Shown piece after piece: positions 51,865 through 62,225 of a stretch of DNA of 64,000 bases (position 1 is the first letter of the stretch; each line of letters begins with the position of its first letter). Under the pieces are notes generated by a model. The model was given only the letters and a program-made list of their open reading frames with translations. It had not been told where the DNA came from and searched no databases. A program made the translations under genes and the position numbers. The stretch covers positions 14,076,001 through 14,140,000 of the forward strand of contig NC_087245.1 in the NCBI RefSeq assembly GCF_037042905.1. Reading direction: 5' to 3'. Origin of the DNA: Lytechinus pictus. Lineage: Eukaryota.

Positions 51865-51981
51865 GTTGAGACCTGGATCCACACTGCTGAGAAGATGCTG
51901 GCCGTAGCTGCTATACCAAACTCACTCAATGAGGCAGAGCAACTACAGGCAGAACATCAGCAATTTGAACTCGCTATCGAG
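51865..51981 (+). CDS. trio: Trio exon F: VETWIHTAEKMLAVAAIPNSLNEAEQLQAEHQQFELAIE
   Basis: T-rich tract + gaag acceptor, GAG|gtaag donor, 117 nt; SLxEAEQLQxEHxQF motif. Confidence 0.93.
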
Positions 51982-52379
51982 GTAAGTAAGACCATCATGA
52001 AGGGGTGCATCGGTGCTGGAGGGGGGGGGGATGGGAGGATAAGGATTTATGATGTTGTAGTGATGACACTGATTACAGTGGTGATGAAGAAAGTATGAGG
52101 AAATGTTGATGGTGATAATGGTAATGGAAAACATCATCAATTTGAAGAACTATTAAGGTAAGGTAGATTATCTGGGAGGAAGATGCTGATGGATGGTGTG
52201 TCCATTGTGGAGGTAGGGGGGTTGGATTATTGATATAATATTAATTGGAGTAGGAATGACCATGGTTAGAGTGATGATTCAAGGGGTGAATGGTGATATT
52301 GACAATGAGAAAGATAATAGTATTATTGATGATCACATTGAATGACATGATGATATTGGTGATCTTTATTATGGTAAAG

Positions 52380-52528
52380 TGGTTATGGTGGTGGGGTGGT
52401 GGTGAGGCTGATGATGACAAAGCTGAAGATAAAGAGGAGATAGATGATGATAATGATGATGATGATGGTGATGATGATGACGATGGTGATGGTGATGGTG
52501 GTGGTGGTGGTGGTGGTGGTGGTGATGG

Positions 52529-52564
<36 letters not shown>

Positions 52565-52603
52565 CAAAGCTGAAGATAAAGAGGAGAAAGATGATGATGG
52601 TGA

Positions 52604-52637
<34 letters not shown>

Positions 52638-52710
52638 GGTGGTGGTGGTGGTGGTGGTGGTGGTGGTGGTGGTGGTGGTGGTGGTGATGATGATAGTGAT
52701 TATGATGACT
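52380..52710. repeat. Compound (GAT)n/(GGT)n microsatellite with duplicated unit
   Basis: Long gat/ggt runs; gatgatgacaaagctgaagataaagaggag at ~52410 and ~52557. Confidence 0.95.
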
Positions 52711-52821
52711 GCTGTGATGGAAGACCCTTCAGTTATTGTTTAGGGTTAGCTCTTTTTTTTTAGCTTGATACTTAAAACCACATTCATTCCTTCCTTCTAT
52801 CTACACCCTTTTCCATTTCAG

Positions 52822-53013
52822 AAAACACAAGAAAGTGCAATACGTCTTCACGACACTGCCTTCAAGCTCTTAGAATCAAGACACTATGATTCTGAGAGGA
52901 TACAAGGAATTGCCTCTAGTATCGAGAGGAGATGGCAGGCCCTTGTCATGCAATCAGAAGATAGGAGGAAACTCTTCCAGTATGCTGCCAGCTTTTACAA
53001 GACTTCAGATAAG
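52822..53013 (+). CDS. trio: Trio exon G: KTQESAIRLHDTAFKLLESRHYDSERIQGIASSIERRWQALVMQSEDRRKLFQYAASFYKTSDK
   Basis: ccatttcag acceptor, AAG|gtgtgt donor, 192 nt; HYD...W..L...EDR.KL...FYKTS motif. Confidence 0.93.
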
Positions 53014-53464
53014 GTGTGTGTAAGAAAGGGCTTAAGAGGAATGAATACATTTACCAAATTTATTAAATTAGAAAAATGGGATTTGCACAAATTAATGCTT
53101 AAGTACTACTAGGTAAAGATAAAGTCAAGTTGTGTGAAAGATGGAAATAATTCTTTTAAGCTATCAAATTCTGTCCATGTATGTAGAAAAATTATAAATA
53201 GAAATTGGTTCAAGTGATTTTTCTTCAGGTGCCCCCACTTTCATAATATACCAAATAGTAAATTAAAAAGTGAGGCTGATAATGAATGTGCCATCTGTTA
53301 CAGCTTGTCTGTGGTCAGTGCATGCATCCTTGCCAGAATTGAGTTAATTATTTATCTCTTAAGATACTTTAATATCATACAAGAAATCACCATTTTATAG
53401 GTACTTTACAAACAATCCTTCACAAACTTTTTGAGATATTTTTAACAATAATTCACTCTCAAGA

Positions 53465-53658
53465 CCAGGGGTCTATTTCACAAGATTTAGGCGTGACTAG
53501 AGTCGCACTTAAATTTTGAGTTGCATGCGGACAAATCATGCTAAGAGGATGCATACTACTGCCTATTAATCAACAAGATTGAGCGCTACATATCGTGTGC
53601 GTAACAGCATTTAAGCAAGACTCTAAATCACACCTAACTCTTTGCGAAACCCCCCCTG
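53465..53658. mobile_element. Palindromic MITE (relative of 41120-41501)
   Basis: cagggg..tttcacaaga..taggcgtgactagagtc pairs with gactctaaatcacaccta..ctttgcgaaacccccctg. Confidence 0.7.
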
Positions 53659-53710
53659 AACTAAATTTTATCTTAAATGCTTTTTCCCTGACTATACCAA
53701 TCTGTCTCAG

Positions 53711-53993
53711 GTGCAATCAGTGTTAGAAGATCTCGAGAGGGAGTACACTCGGGAGGAGGACCTCTGCGGTGGGGGTAGCGGGGACCGTTCCCCTCCTCAG
53801 GTCAGTGATGCCGACATCGCCAAACACATGAGCAGGCATCAAGACCAGAAGGAAAGCTTCTTGAGGGCGTGTACCATGGCCAGGCGCAACGCAGAAAGTT
53901 TCCTCAAGTACCTAAAAAAGTGCAATGTTTACTCAAGCCAACAGGGCTCTAGTATGGCCGACAGGACGAGAGGGCCTGAAGGTTATGTCAAAA
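53711..53993 (+). CDS. trio: Trio exon H: VQSVLEDLEREYTREEDLCGG...KESFLRACTMARRNAESFLKYL...RGPEGYVK(R)
   Basis: tgtctcag acceptor, A|gtaagt donor, 283 nt, phase 0/1; FLxACTxARRNAxxFLKY motif. Confidence 0.95.
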
Positions 53994-54568
53994 GTAAGTA
54001 GTGTTGTTTCAGGGATGCTTCTTGTACAGACTACAATTTCTTCAAAATCAATTTTAGCTATGGAAATCCAGCAACACCGTATATCATTTAGAAGCATAGT
54101 GCTGGAAGATAATGCACCTTCATGCAGGCATCATTGATTTGCCAATTTAGTGTGCCATTAGCATAGGACAGTTCATACACCTTGTGTAATGACAAAATAT
54201 GGTGTCCCTGGCTGTCTGTAGGTAAGATTTATCAGAATCCATATAAACTCCCAGCATGACTATGCTCAGTTTGGTCAGATGATTATGAAAAGCACAGACA
54301 TGTATGTGTGACATCATAACATTGACAATAATCTTGACTTTAAAAAAGCCTTGTAAGTTTTCGTAAATCTTTGTCTGTCATTATTCCACTACATAATATG
54401 AATTTTTATGTCCAGAAAGTCTAAGTGTGTGGGTGATATGAGATAAAAGCATCCTTTTGTAGATGCATTTTATGATATTGCAGTCTTTACCTTTATACCT
54501 TGAAGAATTCTGCATCTATGCATGATAGTGCTAACATTTGCTTCATTCTTCTGTCTCTGCTTTTACAG

Positions 54569-54684
54569 GAATACTAGAAGAATTACTGTTACAAGAAGAC
54601 AAGGTGTTAGACCATTGGACTCAGAAGAAGAAGCGATTGGACCAATGCTTGCAATATGTCCTGTTTGAAGCTAGTGCTAGACAG
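54569..54684 (+). CDS. trio: Trio exon I: (R)ILEELLLQEDKVLDHWTQKKKRLDQCLQYVLFEASARQ
   Basis: gctaac branch-like site + ttttacag acceptor, CAG|gtaaac donor, 116 nt, phase 1/0. Confidence 0.95.
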
Positions 54685-55215
54685 GTAAACATTCAAACCA
54701 CATTTAAGAGTAGCTTTCCTGTTCATTACATTAATATGGGAGTATTTAGTAGTTGATATCATATAGTCTTTTCATGTAAGAGAATGCTGAGTACCCCACT
54801 TTTGAACTCCTTTATGGAATCGTTAAGTAAACCCATACTATGCCTTTACATTTTTTTTCAGGAATAGCCTCAATTTTACTTTCAAACAGTAAATATTTGA
54901 GATTTAACTATTAAAAAAAAAGAATTTTTGTACAAACATCAAAACATACTTCTGAAAAACAGACATATTAAAATCACAGGTTTATATAAAATGATCAACA
55001 TATTCTGACGCTATGCAAAACATCAATCATTCAAATGTTTTTGAAGGACTGGCCAACCACATACATGTAAGCTAGGTGTTAATCTAACCACTTCACCACT
55101 CAGTAACTCGAATGATGAAATAAACAGATTTGAGGCTATTGATTTTGAATTTTAAATGTTTTTATTCCAACATGTTTGTATGATATTATGTCTGGTACCT
55201 TAACCACCCATCCAG

Positions 55216-55338
55216 GCTTTAAATTGGATCCATGATACGGGAGAGTTCTATCTGTCAACCCATACCAAGCTAGGGGAGGATAAGGAGGAGACAGAGGGAC
55301 TACTCACTGAGTACAATGAATTCAAGAGTGCTGCTAAG
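55216..55338 (+). CDS. trio: Trio exon J: ALNWIHDTGEFYLSTHTKLGEDKEETEGLLTEYNEFKSAAK
   Basis: catccag acceptor, AAG|gtaag donor, 123 nt; ALxWIHDxGEFYLSTHT motif (not in ORF track). Confidence 0.95.
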
Positions 55339-55878
55339 GTAAGTAGATAATAATACAAATATAGCCCAGCAACTTCTGCGTTTAGCAGTTAATCTGAAGT
55401 GCATTTGATGAAACCTGCAGCAGCCAAGGAAGATGGAATTTTTAAGGAGGAGAAAGAAGTAAACAGAAGGAAGAAAGAAAAAAAATGGGAAGAAAGACTG
55501 AGGACGAGAAGGAGGTTGCTTTGTGCAGTGTCATCCTTGATATAGGATAATTGTCATGGTTAAAAAGTTGAAAATTCAAAATTAGAAAGAGACCCTATTT
55601 TGCTATATTCTGATACAGCATCAATACACCAACATGAACTGTTTCTTATACCTCTCTCTTCCCATTGGAGAATGGTGTTGCCATTTCCCTTGTTTTGGGT
55701 TTTATGAAGTTTGTGTATCCTTCCAATCACCTAATGATTCAAATGCTGAGGCAAGGGATATGTTCCTTACAGTCTCTTGATTCTATCTATTGCAAAATTC
55801 ACTCAATGCCAACTGCATCCAGATGGTGACCAAAGTAACCAAAGTTTGGATGTCATATCTTCATTATTTTCATCCCAG

Positions 55879-56061
55879 GAAAATGGTGAGAAGGTCAAGT
55901 TATTACTACGACTGGCTGACAGTCAGCTTGAGAAGGGTCAATCTCACGCCTCCCGGATCAAGTCATGGGTCAGTGCAGTGGACAAGAGGTATAGAGACTT
56001 CTCACTACGAATGGACAAATACAGGGCTCAACTGGAAGGCAAGCTGGGTCTAAGTCATGAG
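55879..56061 (+). CDS. trio: Trio exon K (last spectrin repeat): ENGEKVKLLLRLADSQLEKGQSHASRIKSWVSAVDKRYRDFSLRMDKYRAQLEGKLGLSHE
   Basis: catcccag acceptor, GAG|gtggg donor, 183 nt; VDKRYRDFSLRM motif. Confidence 0.95.
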
Positions 56062-56194
56062 GTGGGTTTATCAAGGAATACATGGAATATATTATGAGAT
56101 GATAGTGAAGATGATCAAGGATTTTTGGGATGATCATGATGGTAGTGTTTGTAATAGGGGTAACAGTGATGTTGTGGTGGGTATTGTGTTGTTA

Positions 56195-56295
56195 GCTGGT
56201 GTAATGATGATGATGCTGATGTCGATGATGATGGTGATGATGATTGAAGGGATGATGATGGTGATAACCATGATGATGATGGTGGTGGTGGTTAC
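56195..56295. repeat. Degenerate (GAT/GGT)n microsatellite
   Basis: atgatgatgatgctgatgtcgatgatgatggtgatg...ggtggtggtgg. Confidence 0.85.
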
Positions 56296-56750
56296 CATGA
56301 TAAAGAATGTGATTATGATTCTTATAGTGAATATGGTCATGATACTGACAATAGTCATCATTTTTATGATTGCAAAAACAACAATATAGAGAATTTGAAT
56401 AAAAATGAGAAAAAATAAAACAGAATTAAGGAAAATTCAGGAGACAAAATGACCCAAACCAGTAGGAGAGGGAATATTACAGGATTATGATGTTAGATTG
56501 AATTTGTGGAGCGTAGTAGATCCTCGTTTGAATCGGTAGAATATGCAAGATTCTTATGAAGAAAAATATTTTTAAAAAGATGACAGAAATAATGAAAATC
56601 AGGTGTTATTACTGACAACATTTACCAGACGTTTTCATGACCTTAGAGAAGTTCTATTATTTTACTTCCATTCAATGATAGTGAAATGACAGGAAGTAAA
56701 TCAGTTTTTGAAGACTTTTCTAACCATCTTCTGTCCTTTTGTTCCTGAAG

Positions 56751-56933
56751 GATGATGGAAATCTCTCATTAGACAATCGGAAATCAGACTCTAGTCTGGA
56801 AGTAAAGTTAAGAGATGTTGCCAAGGGTGTGGGTGAGGAGAAGAGAAAATCAGCAAGGAAAAGAGAGTTCATCATGGCTGAGTTACTACAAACAGAGCAG
56901 GCTTATGTTAGAGATCTTCACTGCTGTCTCACG
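56751..56933 (+). CDS. trio: Trio exon L (linker + start of DH1): [61 protein letters not shown]
   Basis: cctgaag acceptor, ACG|gtaag donor, 183 nt; [29 protein letters not shown]1 motif. Confidence 0.96.
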
Positions 56934-57630
56934 GTAAGATGGGCTACAAGTAGAACTTTCAGTGAATTAAGATCGTATTATGAATCGAATTAGTCGTATT
57001 TGTCAATCGCTGATATTCAAGATTCATTCATTTCACTCATCAATATCAAACAAACTTCATGACTTCATATTTTTATAGATCCTTAGTCTACCACTCAGCC
57101 ATAATATGTGATTTGGATCATCTAATCATGGAGACTATTTTGTCCATTGTTTTTACTTTAAGTGCTTGATGATTTGTTCTATTTTATATGTAACAACCCA
57201 TAAAATTGAATATCTGTACTGAGTTACTTTATGTAATAGGATCTCTGTGACTTTTGTCAAAATTGTAAGTCAGGGATTGTATTGGTTCATGTAATTTAAT
57301 GGTTGTATGAGATGGCTACCTGCAAATCGTATATCGCTTAAACAACTTCAATATGAAGACAATGTTTTTCTCCTCTATCATATTCATGTCAAAATGTTGT
57401 CAACAGCACATTACAATATGCTCAATTCTTTGAAATAATCAACCTGGTTGTATGTCTGACTGCCATTTTTCTCCATTCTTACTTCACTTTGTGAACTGAC
57501 TAACCCATGAACTAGAAACGGAGAAATCATTATTGGAAGTTCCGAGATATAGGGGGTCGAACATACATAATGTATGGAATTATTTCCATTTCTCATTTTT
57601 TGATTTCTTTTTTTTTTAATCATTTTGTAG

Positions 57631-57740
57631 AACTACATGTGTGAAATGATGGCATCAGTAGGAGAGGTACCAGGTGGCATCATTGGAAAGGAAAATATCA
57701 TTTTTGGGAATATCGAGGAAATTTATGCCTTTCATAAAGA
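57631..57740 (+). CDS. trio: Trio exon M (DH1): [36 protein letters not shown](D)
   Basis: ttttgtag acceptor, GA|gtgagt donor, 110 nt, phase 0/2; IFGNIxEIYxFH DH motif. Confidence 0.96.
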
Positions 57741-57820
57741 GTGAGTATCCTTTGTTTCTCTCTATTACATTTTGTAGCAATATTCCCCCCATTTATTTAT
57801 GAATACTGATGGAGCGAATT

Positions 57821-57857
57821 GTGGTAATGGTGATGATGGTGGTGGTGGTGGTGGTGG

Positions 57858-57888
<31 letters not shown>

Positions 57889-57899
57889 GATGATGATGA
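57821..57899. repeat. (GGT)n(GAT)n microsatellite
   Basis: ggtggtggtggt...gatgatgatgat. Confidence 0.9.
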
Positions 57900-58231
57900 A
57901 TTTCTGATTTACATTTGTTTGCTTTTATCATATTTTGCTAAGAAGTCAATGCCTTAAAGGGTTAAAGAAACATGATTTTATTTTATTTTTTGTTATTGTC
58001 ATGATTGTAAATATGTCAGGTATTGAAATCAGCTTCTGCTATGTCTATGTGACTTACATAATCAAATTCATTGGTTGAGTAGTCAATAAAATTGAGAATA
58101 AACGATCACTATATTATGAAAGTTTCTCTGCAATATTTATAATAAACCTTATAATAAATCTTGAATTCCAATGAAACATCTAAATTTGAACTTGTTCACA
58201 TCCATCATTTCTATTTTATTTCTTTTTACAG

Positions 58232-58391
58232 CATTTTCTTAAAGGAACTAGAGAAATATGAAGCAATGCCCGAAGATGTCGGCCATTGCTTCGTCACATG
58301 GGCCGACAAATTCCAGATGTATGTAACCTACTGCAAGAACAAACCAGATTCAAATGCCTTATTAGTTGAACACGGAGGAGCTTTCTTTGAT
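58232..58391 (+). CDS. trio: Trio exon N (DH1): (D)[53 protein letters not shown]
   Basis: tttttacag acceptor, GAT|gtaag donor, 160 nt, phase 2/0; near-identical to recalled TRIO DH1 sequence. Confidence 0.97.
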
Positions 58392-58692
58392 GTAAGTAGA
58401 ATAGCATCATGAGTACATTATACAAATTGAATTTCATCCATTACATTAAAAAAAAAAAAGCTTTCTTTGAAGTCAAAACCAAAATAGGGATTAAACATGC
58501 ATGCTATATTTGAAATTATATTCCATATACTTACAATCTTGAAGTCTGATTGGGAAAAATGAATCTTATGGTAAATTGTAGATTTGACCATCACACTCAA
58601 GTTGGTGTTCTATTTTGTATTAAAAAAGCCAACTGCAACCCTTTCATAGAAATCTATTACGATAAAAAATATTAATGCTGCATGTATAATTT

Positions 58693-59295
58693 TCAAAGGG
58701 GAATCCAACCCAAATAAAAACTTGTTTTTATAAGAAAAAGAAAAATCAGACAAGTTGATAGGTGACAGTTTGAACAATATTGGACAAACAACAAGAAAGT
58801 TATGAATTTTTAAAAGTTGTAAATATTGGTAATCACTATACCCATGGAGACTTCAAATTGGCCGCATATGGGATGTCATAGTGATGTAAGGCAAGGACTA
58901 CTCTTCCATGTACTCCAATACATATTATGGCTAAAATGTAATTTTTCCCAAAAGTTTTACTTCAAATTATATTTTTCTTTCATGAGGACATAAAACAATA
59001 TACTACCTGGGTTATATTTAGATTACTGCCCCAGGGGAATGGGTACTTAAGAGAAAACCACAAATCCCTGATAATAAAGTACATGGCCTATGGGAAAGTT
59101 GTCCTTGCCCCTTGTCATAATTTACTTACCCAGTGGCCAATTTGAAATCTACATACTATTAGTGATCTCAATTTTAAAGCAGCTATAACTTTCTTATTGC
59201 TTGTCCGATTTCTTTCAAACTTTCACCATTCTGTTTAATTTATTTTTCTCCTTCCCAACACAACATTTTATGGCCAAGGCTGGATTCCCCTTTAA
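58693..59295. mobile_element. TTAA/AGG-terminal MITE family 4 (Kolobok/T2-like)
   Basis: TCAA-AGGGGAATCCAACC ... GGCTGGATTCCCCT-TTAA; subterminal ggacaaacaacaagaaagttat / ataactttcttattgcttgtcc IR as in families 1-2. Confidence 0.85.
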
Positions 59296-59455
59296 GGTAT
59301 AAGTGATGACTTTATTGGCCTGAATCAGTCAATGAATCTTTCATCTATGGTGTATGTTTTTTTTTTCTTTAATGCATGGTTTTTGGTTTTCAATATGATG
59401 ATCTTTAGTTCACAAATGACTCTTGTTTATTACATTTGATCTGTCCTTCCAACAG

Positions 59456-59548
59456 GAGATGCAAAAGAAGCACAACCTTGGTCTCTCAGTTCAAGCTTAT
59501 ATAATCAAGCCAGTACAAAGAATAACTAAATATCAGTTGCTGCTCAAG
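59456..59548 (+). CDS. trio: Trio exon O (DH1 CR3): [31 protein letters not shown]
   Basis: ttccaacag acceptor, AAG|gtacg donor, 93 nt; [16 protein letters not shown] signature. Confidence 0.96.
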
Positions 59549-59843
59549 GTACGAAAAACACCGTCTCTCTATCTCTTTGTTTGTTTTTATATTTATGTGT
59601 AAATGTTTTTGTCCTTCTGTATGTCTGTATTCATGTCCCTCAGTATGAGCTTATATTATCAAACAGAGAATAACAAAGTATCAGTTGTTGCTCAAGGTAG
59701 GAAAAAACTGTCTCTTTCCATCTCTCTCTGTATGTAATTGTGTCTGTCTGTCTTTCTGTATGTATGTATGTCTGTCTGTCTGTCTCTCAGGATAAGCTTG
59801 CATAATCAAACCAGTACAAAGAATAACAAAATATCAGCTGCTG
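59481..59843 (+). repeat. Tandem triplication (~150-bp period) of exon O 3' part + donor + flanking intron
   Basis: Units start gtctctcag 59481, gtccctcag 59635, gtctctcag 59782; each contains agctt..at(a/t)atcaa..agaataac..tatcag. Confidence 0.92.
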
Positions 59844-59918
59844 TTTTGAATGGTTGAATCGTTTGTATTTATACATAAACATTGATTGTTTAAATTGTTT
59901 GATTTTTTTTTATGGCAG

Positions 59919-60038
59919 GATCTTCTTGCTACTTGCGAGGAAGGAAAAGGAGAAATCCAGGATGCACTTGACGTGATGTTAACAGTACCAAAGAAAGCTA
60001 ATGATGCAATGCACGTCAGCATGTTAGAAGGATTTGAC
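59919..60038 (+). CDS. trio: Trio exon P (end of DH1): [40 protein letters not shown]
   Basis: tatggcag acceptor after T-tract, GAC|gtaag donor, 120 nt; VPKxANDAMH motif. Confidence 0.96.
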
Positions 60039-60620
60039 GTAAGCTTTTAGATTAATTGATATTATAATCTACATTTACATATTATACACTTTACTATTCC
60101 TATCCAGCTCATTGCAAGGAAAGTATATTATATTTTCTTGAAATTATTAAAACCTTCAAATATTGAGATCATTAGAAAAATTTGGACTTTCTTATGACAA
60201 ATCTTGAAAAAATTCTTGTATACCATTTTCTGTGTGACCTGAGAAAATTCTCGAAAGTGTTCTTTTCTTTCAGAATTGTAAATAAGCCCAAATAGTTTAT
60301 AGAAAGTTTGATTGATTGATTGATTGTCACATTGGCACCACTCATCATCATTATTGGTGATTGCAGACAGCTTCTAGTTATTTAATATGCATATAATTTA
60401 GGCTATGTAGAAGTATGTAGAGGTTTGTAGGAAGTATCCAGGCAATTCTGCATGAGGTTAATAAGATATAGAACATATTGAAGATGGAAATTATTTAATT
60501 AAAGTGTCTAGAGAGTTTCATAGCAGCCTCAATGAACAAGTTCAAGACACTTTTTGACAGTTCACTTGGAATATATTTTTGAAATACATGTTCTAAACAA
60601 ATTCTAAATGCAGTTTCTTG

Positions 60621-60900
60621 AGGCCTGGTCCCACTAGCCAACAGACACAAAATGTTTTCATAACAGATGCAGCAGATAAGCAGAAGTTTGGGGTGGGTCC
60701 ATCTGTTTTCATCCACCCCAGCCAATGAACAAAATGGGCGAACAATGAAATCACAGTGGACAGATGCTCAATGGATTAAGAGCGTATGAAACACGTATGC
60801 AAAGAGAGTGACCAACAGATACATAACGTTTTCCAACGGATGACAAGATTCTTTACATGTACAACCTCTCTGCATCCGTAAGTGCAGTGGGACCAAGCCT
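60621..60900. mobile_element. Degenerate Harbinger-like MITE
   Basis: AGGCCTGGTCCCACT ... AGTGGGACCAAGCCT terminal IR (14/15). Confidence 0.65.
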
Positions 60901-61118
60901 TTAACAAACTAATTTCTTTGCTGTTTCTTGTATTCAGTGATCACTACATGAGCAATCAACCAATATTAAGATATATAGTTGAACTTTGACCTCTGATTTT
61001 CAGGAATTGAAGGACTTCATGTGATCCTCCATGATGTCTCTTAGTTCTGGGATATCAGGGCCCTGAATTTTGATAATTATATAATGTTTATAATTTGATC
61101 TTCAATTTTTTCTTTCAG

Positions 61119-61301
61119 GACTATCTACAAGCTCATGGGGAAGTGATCCTCCAGGATTCTTTCCAGGTCTGGGACACTAAACAGATATTCAGGAAAGGTC
61201 GTGAGAGGCACATCTTCCTCTTTGAGATGTTTCTCGTCTTCAGCAAGGAAACCAAGGACAGTACTGGAAAGACCAAATATGTTTACAAGAGCAAGATGGA
61301 T
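61119..61301 (+). CDS. trio: Trio exon Q (PH1): DYLQAHGEVILQDSFQVWDTKQIFRKGRERHIFLFEMFLVFSKETKDSTGKTKYVYKSKMD
   Basis: tctttcag acceptor, GAT|gtaag donor, 183 nt; RKGRERHxFLFE PH1 motif. Confidence 0.96.
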
Positions 61302-61334
61302 GTAAGTGTCATTTAGAAATTTGATGGACTATTA

Positions 61335-61668
61335 CAGGGTTCCAAGCCCATCGGTGAACTCAGTAAACAATTGATGTACATTTTACAGTTAGAGAATTTG
61401 ATAAAACCCTCAAATCAGGAAAAATTCAGGGAATTTTGATTGTCTTCAAAACAGCACTGAACAAGCTTGTCAGCAGCAAGTGGAAACAAGTCCATGAGTA
61501 TGACGAGTTAATTTGGTTCTTTGCGAGAGCTGATTGGGCTCCTTCAGTGAGAGTTCACAAAAACATATGAAACTGGAAATGAGTTGAAATAGTTATCATG
61601 GAATTTGGAGGTATCATCAGAAAAAAAAATTCAGGGAATTTTGTTTTCTTGAAATATTGAAAACTCTG
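61335..61668. mobile_element. Degenerate hAT-like MITE
   Basis: CAGGGTT ... AACTCTG termini; aaaaattcagggaattttg repeated near both ends. Confidence 0.5.
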
Positions 61669-61680
61669 TACTTATATTTA

Positions 61681-62225
61681 ACACAAATCCACCTCACAAA
61701 CCCGATCACAATATTAGCACATAAAACGATCAGACATCATGGCCCAGACATCTAGAATGAATTGCCCAATGATATTAAACTCACTGCATCTATGTTTTCT
61801 TTTAAAGCTTCATTAAAAAAATTTCTTTTATCGAAGTATTCTTAAATATCACACCTGCATGTTCACCCACTTGCACAAACACGCACACTTCATTTCTTCA
61901 TTTTTCTTCTTTCTCCTTTCTGATGATTTTTGACGTAAGATTTTCTTCCAGACCTAGAACTATAGAATAATTGGTTTCCATGTAGCCCCTTTCCCCCTTT
62001 GGCTGCTATTACTCAAGCATTTATTTTGCTTATATAGTTTGCCACTGCATTTGTTTTTCACTACTTTGTCTTATCCTTAAATTGTATTCATGTCTAAATT
62101 TTGTTATGACACTACTATAAATTTGTCACATTACAATGTACTTTCATGTCATACTATGATTATGTTTATGTATTGTAAATTTATTTTTGACTTTACAATA
62201 AATGCAGAAACTCCTGCAAAAAAAA
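61681..62225 (+). mobile_element. 3' fragment of a CR1/L2-clade LINE (ORF2 C-terminus + 3' UTR)
   Basis: 61681-61845 reads TQIHLTNPITILAHKTIRHHGPDI*NELPNDIKLTASMFSFKASLKKFLLSKYS*. This matches the G...WNxLP...FK..LK end of CR1/L2 ORF2 (TAG where Trp is expected), followed by a T-rich UTR and aataaa. Confidence 0.75.

Noticed and set aside
52241..52763. Poly-D/G, poly-M/V and poly-S/P ORFs
   Set aside because: Translations of a (GAT)/(GGT) microsatellite.
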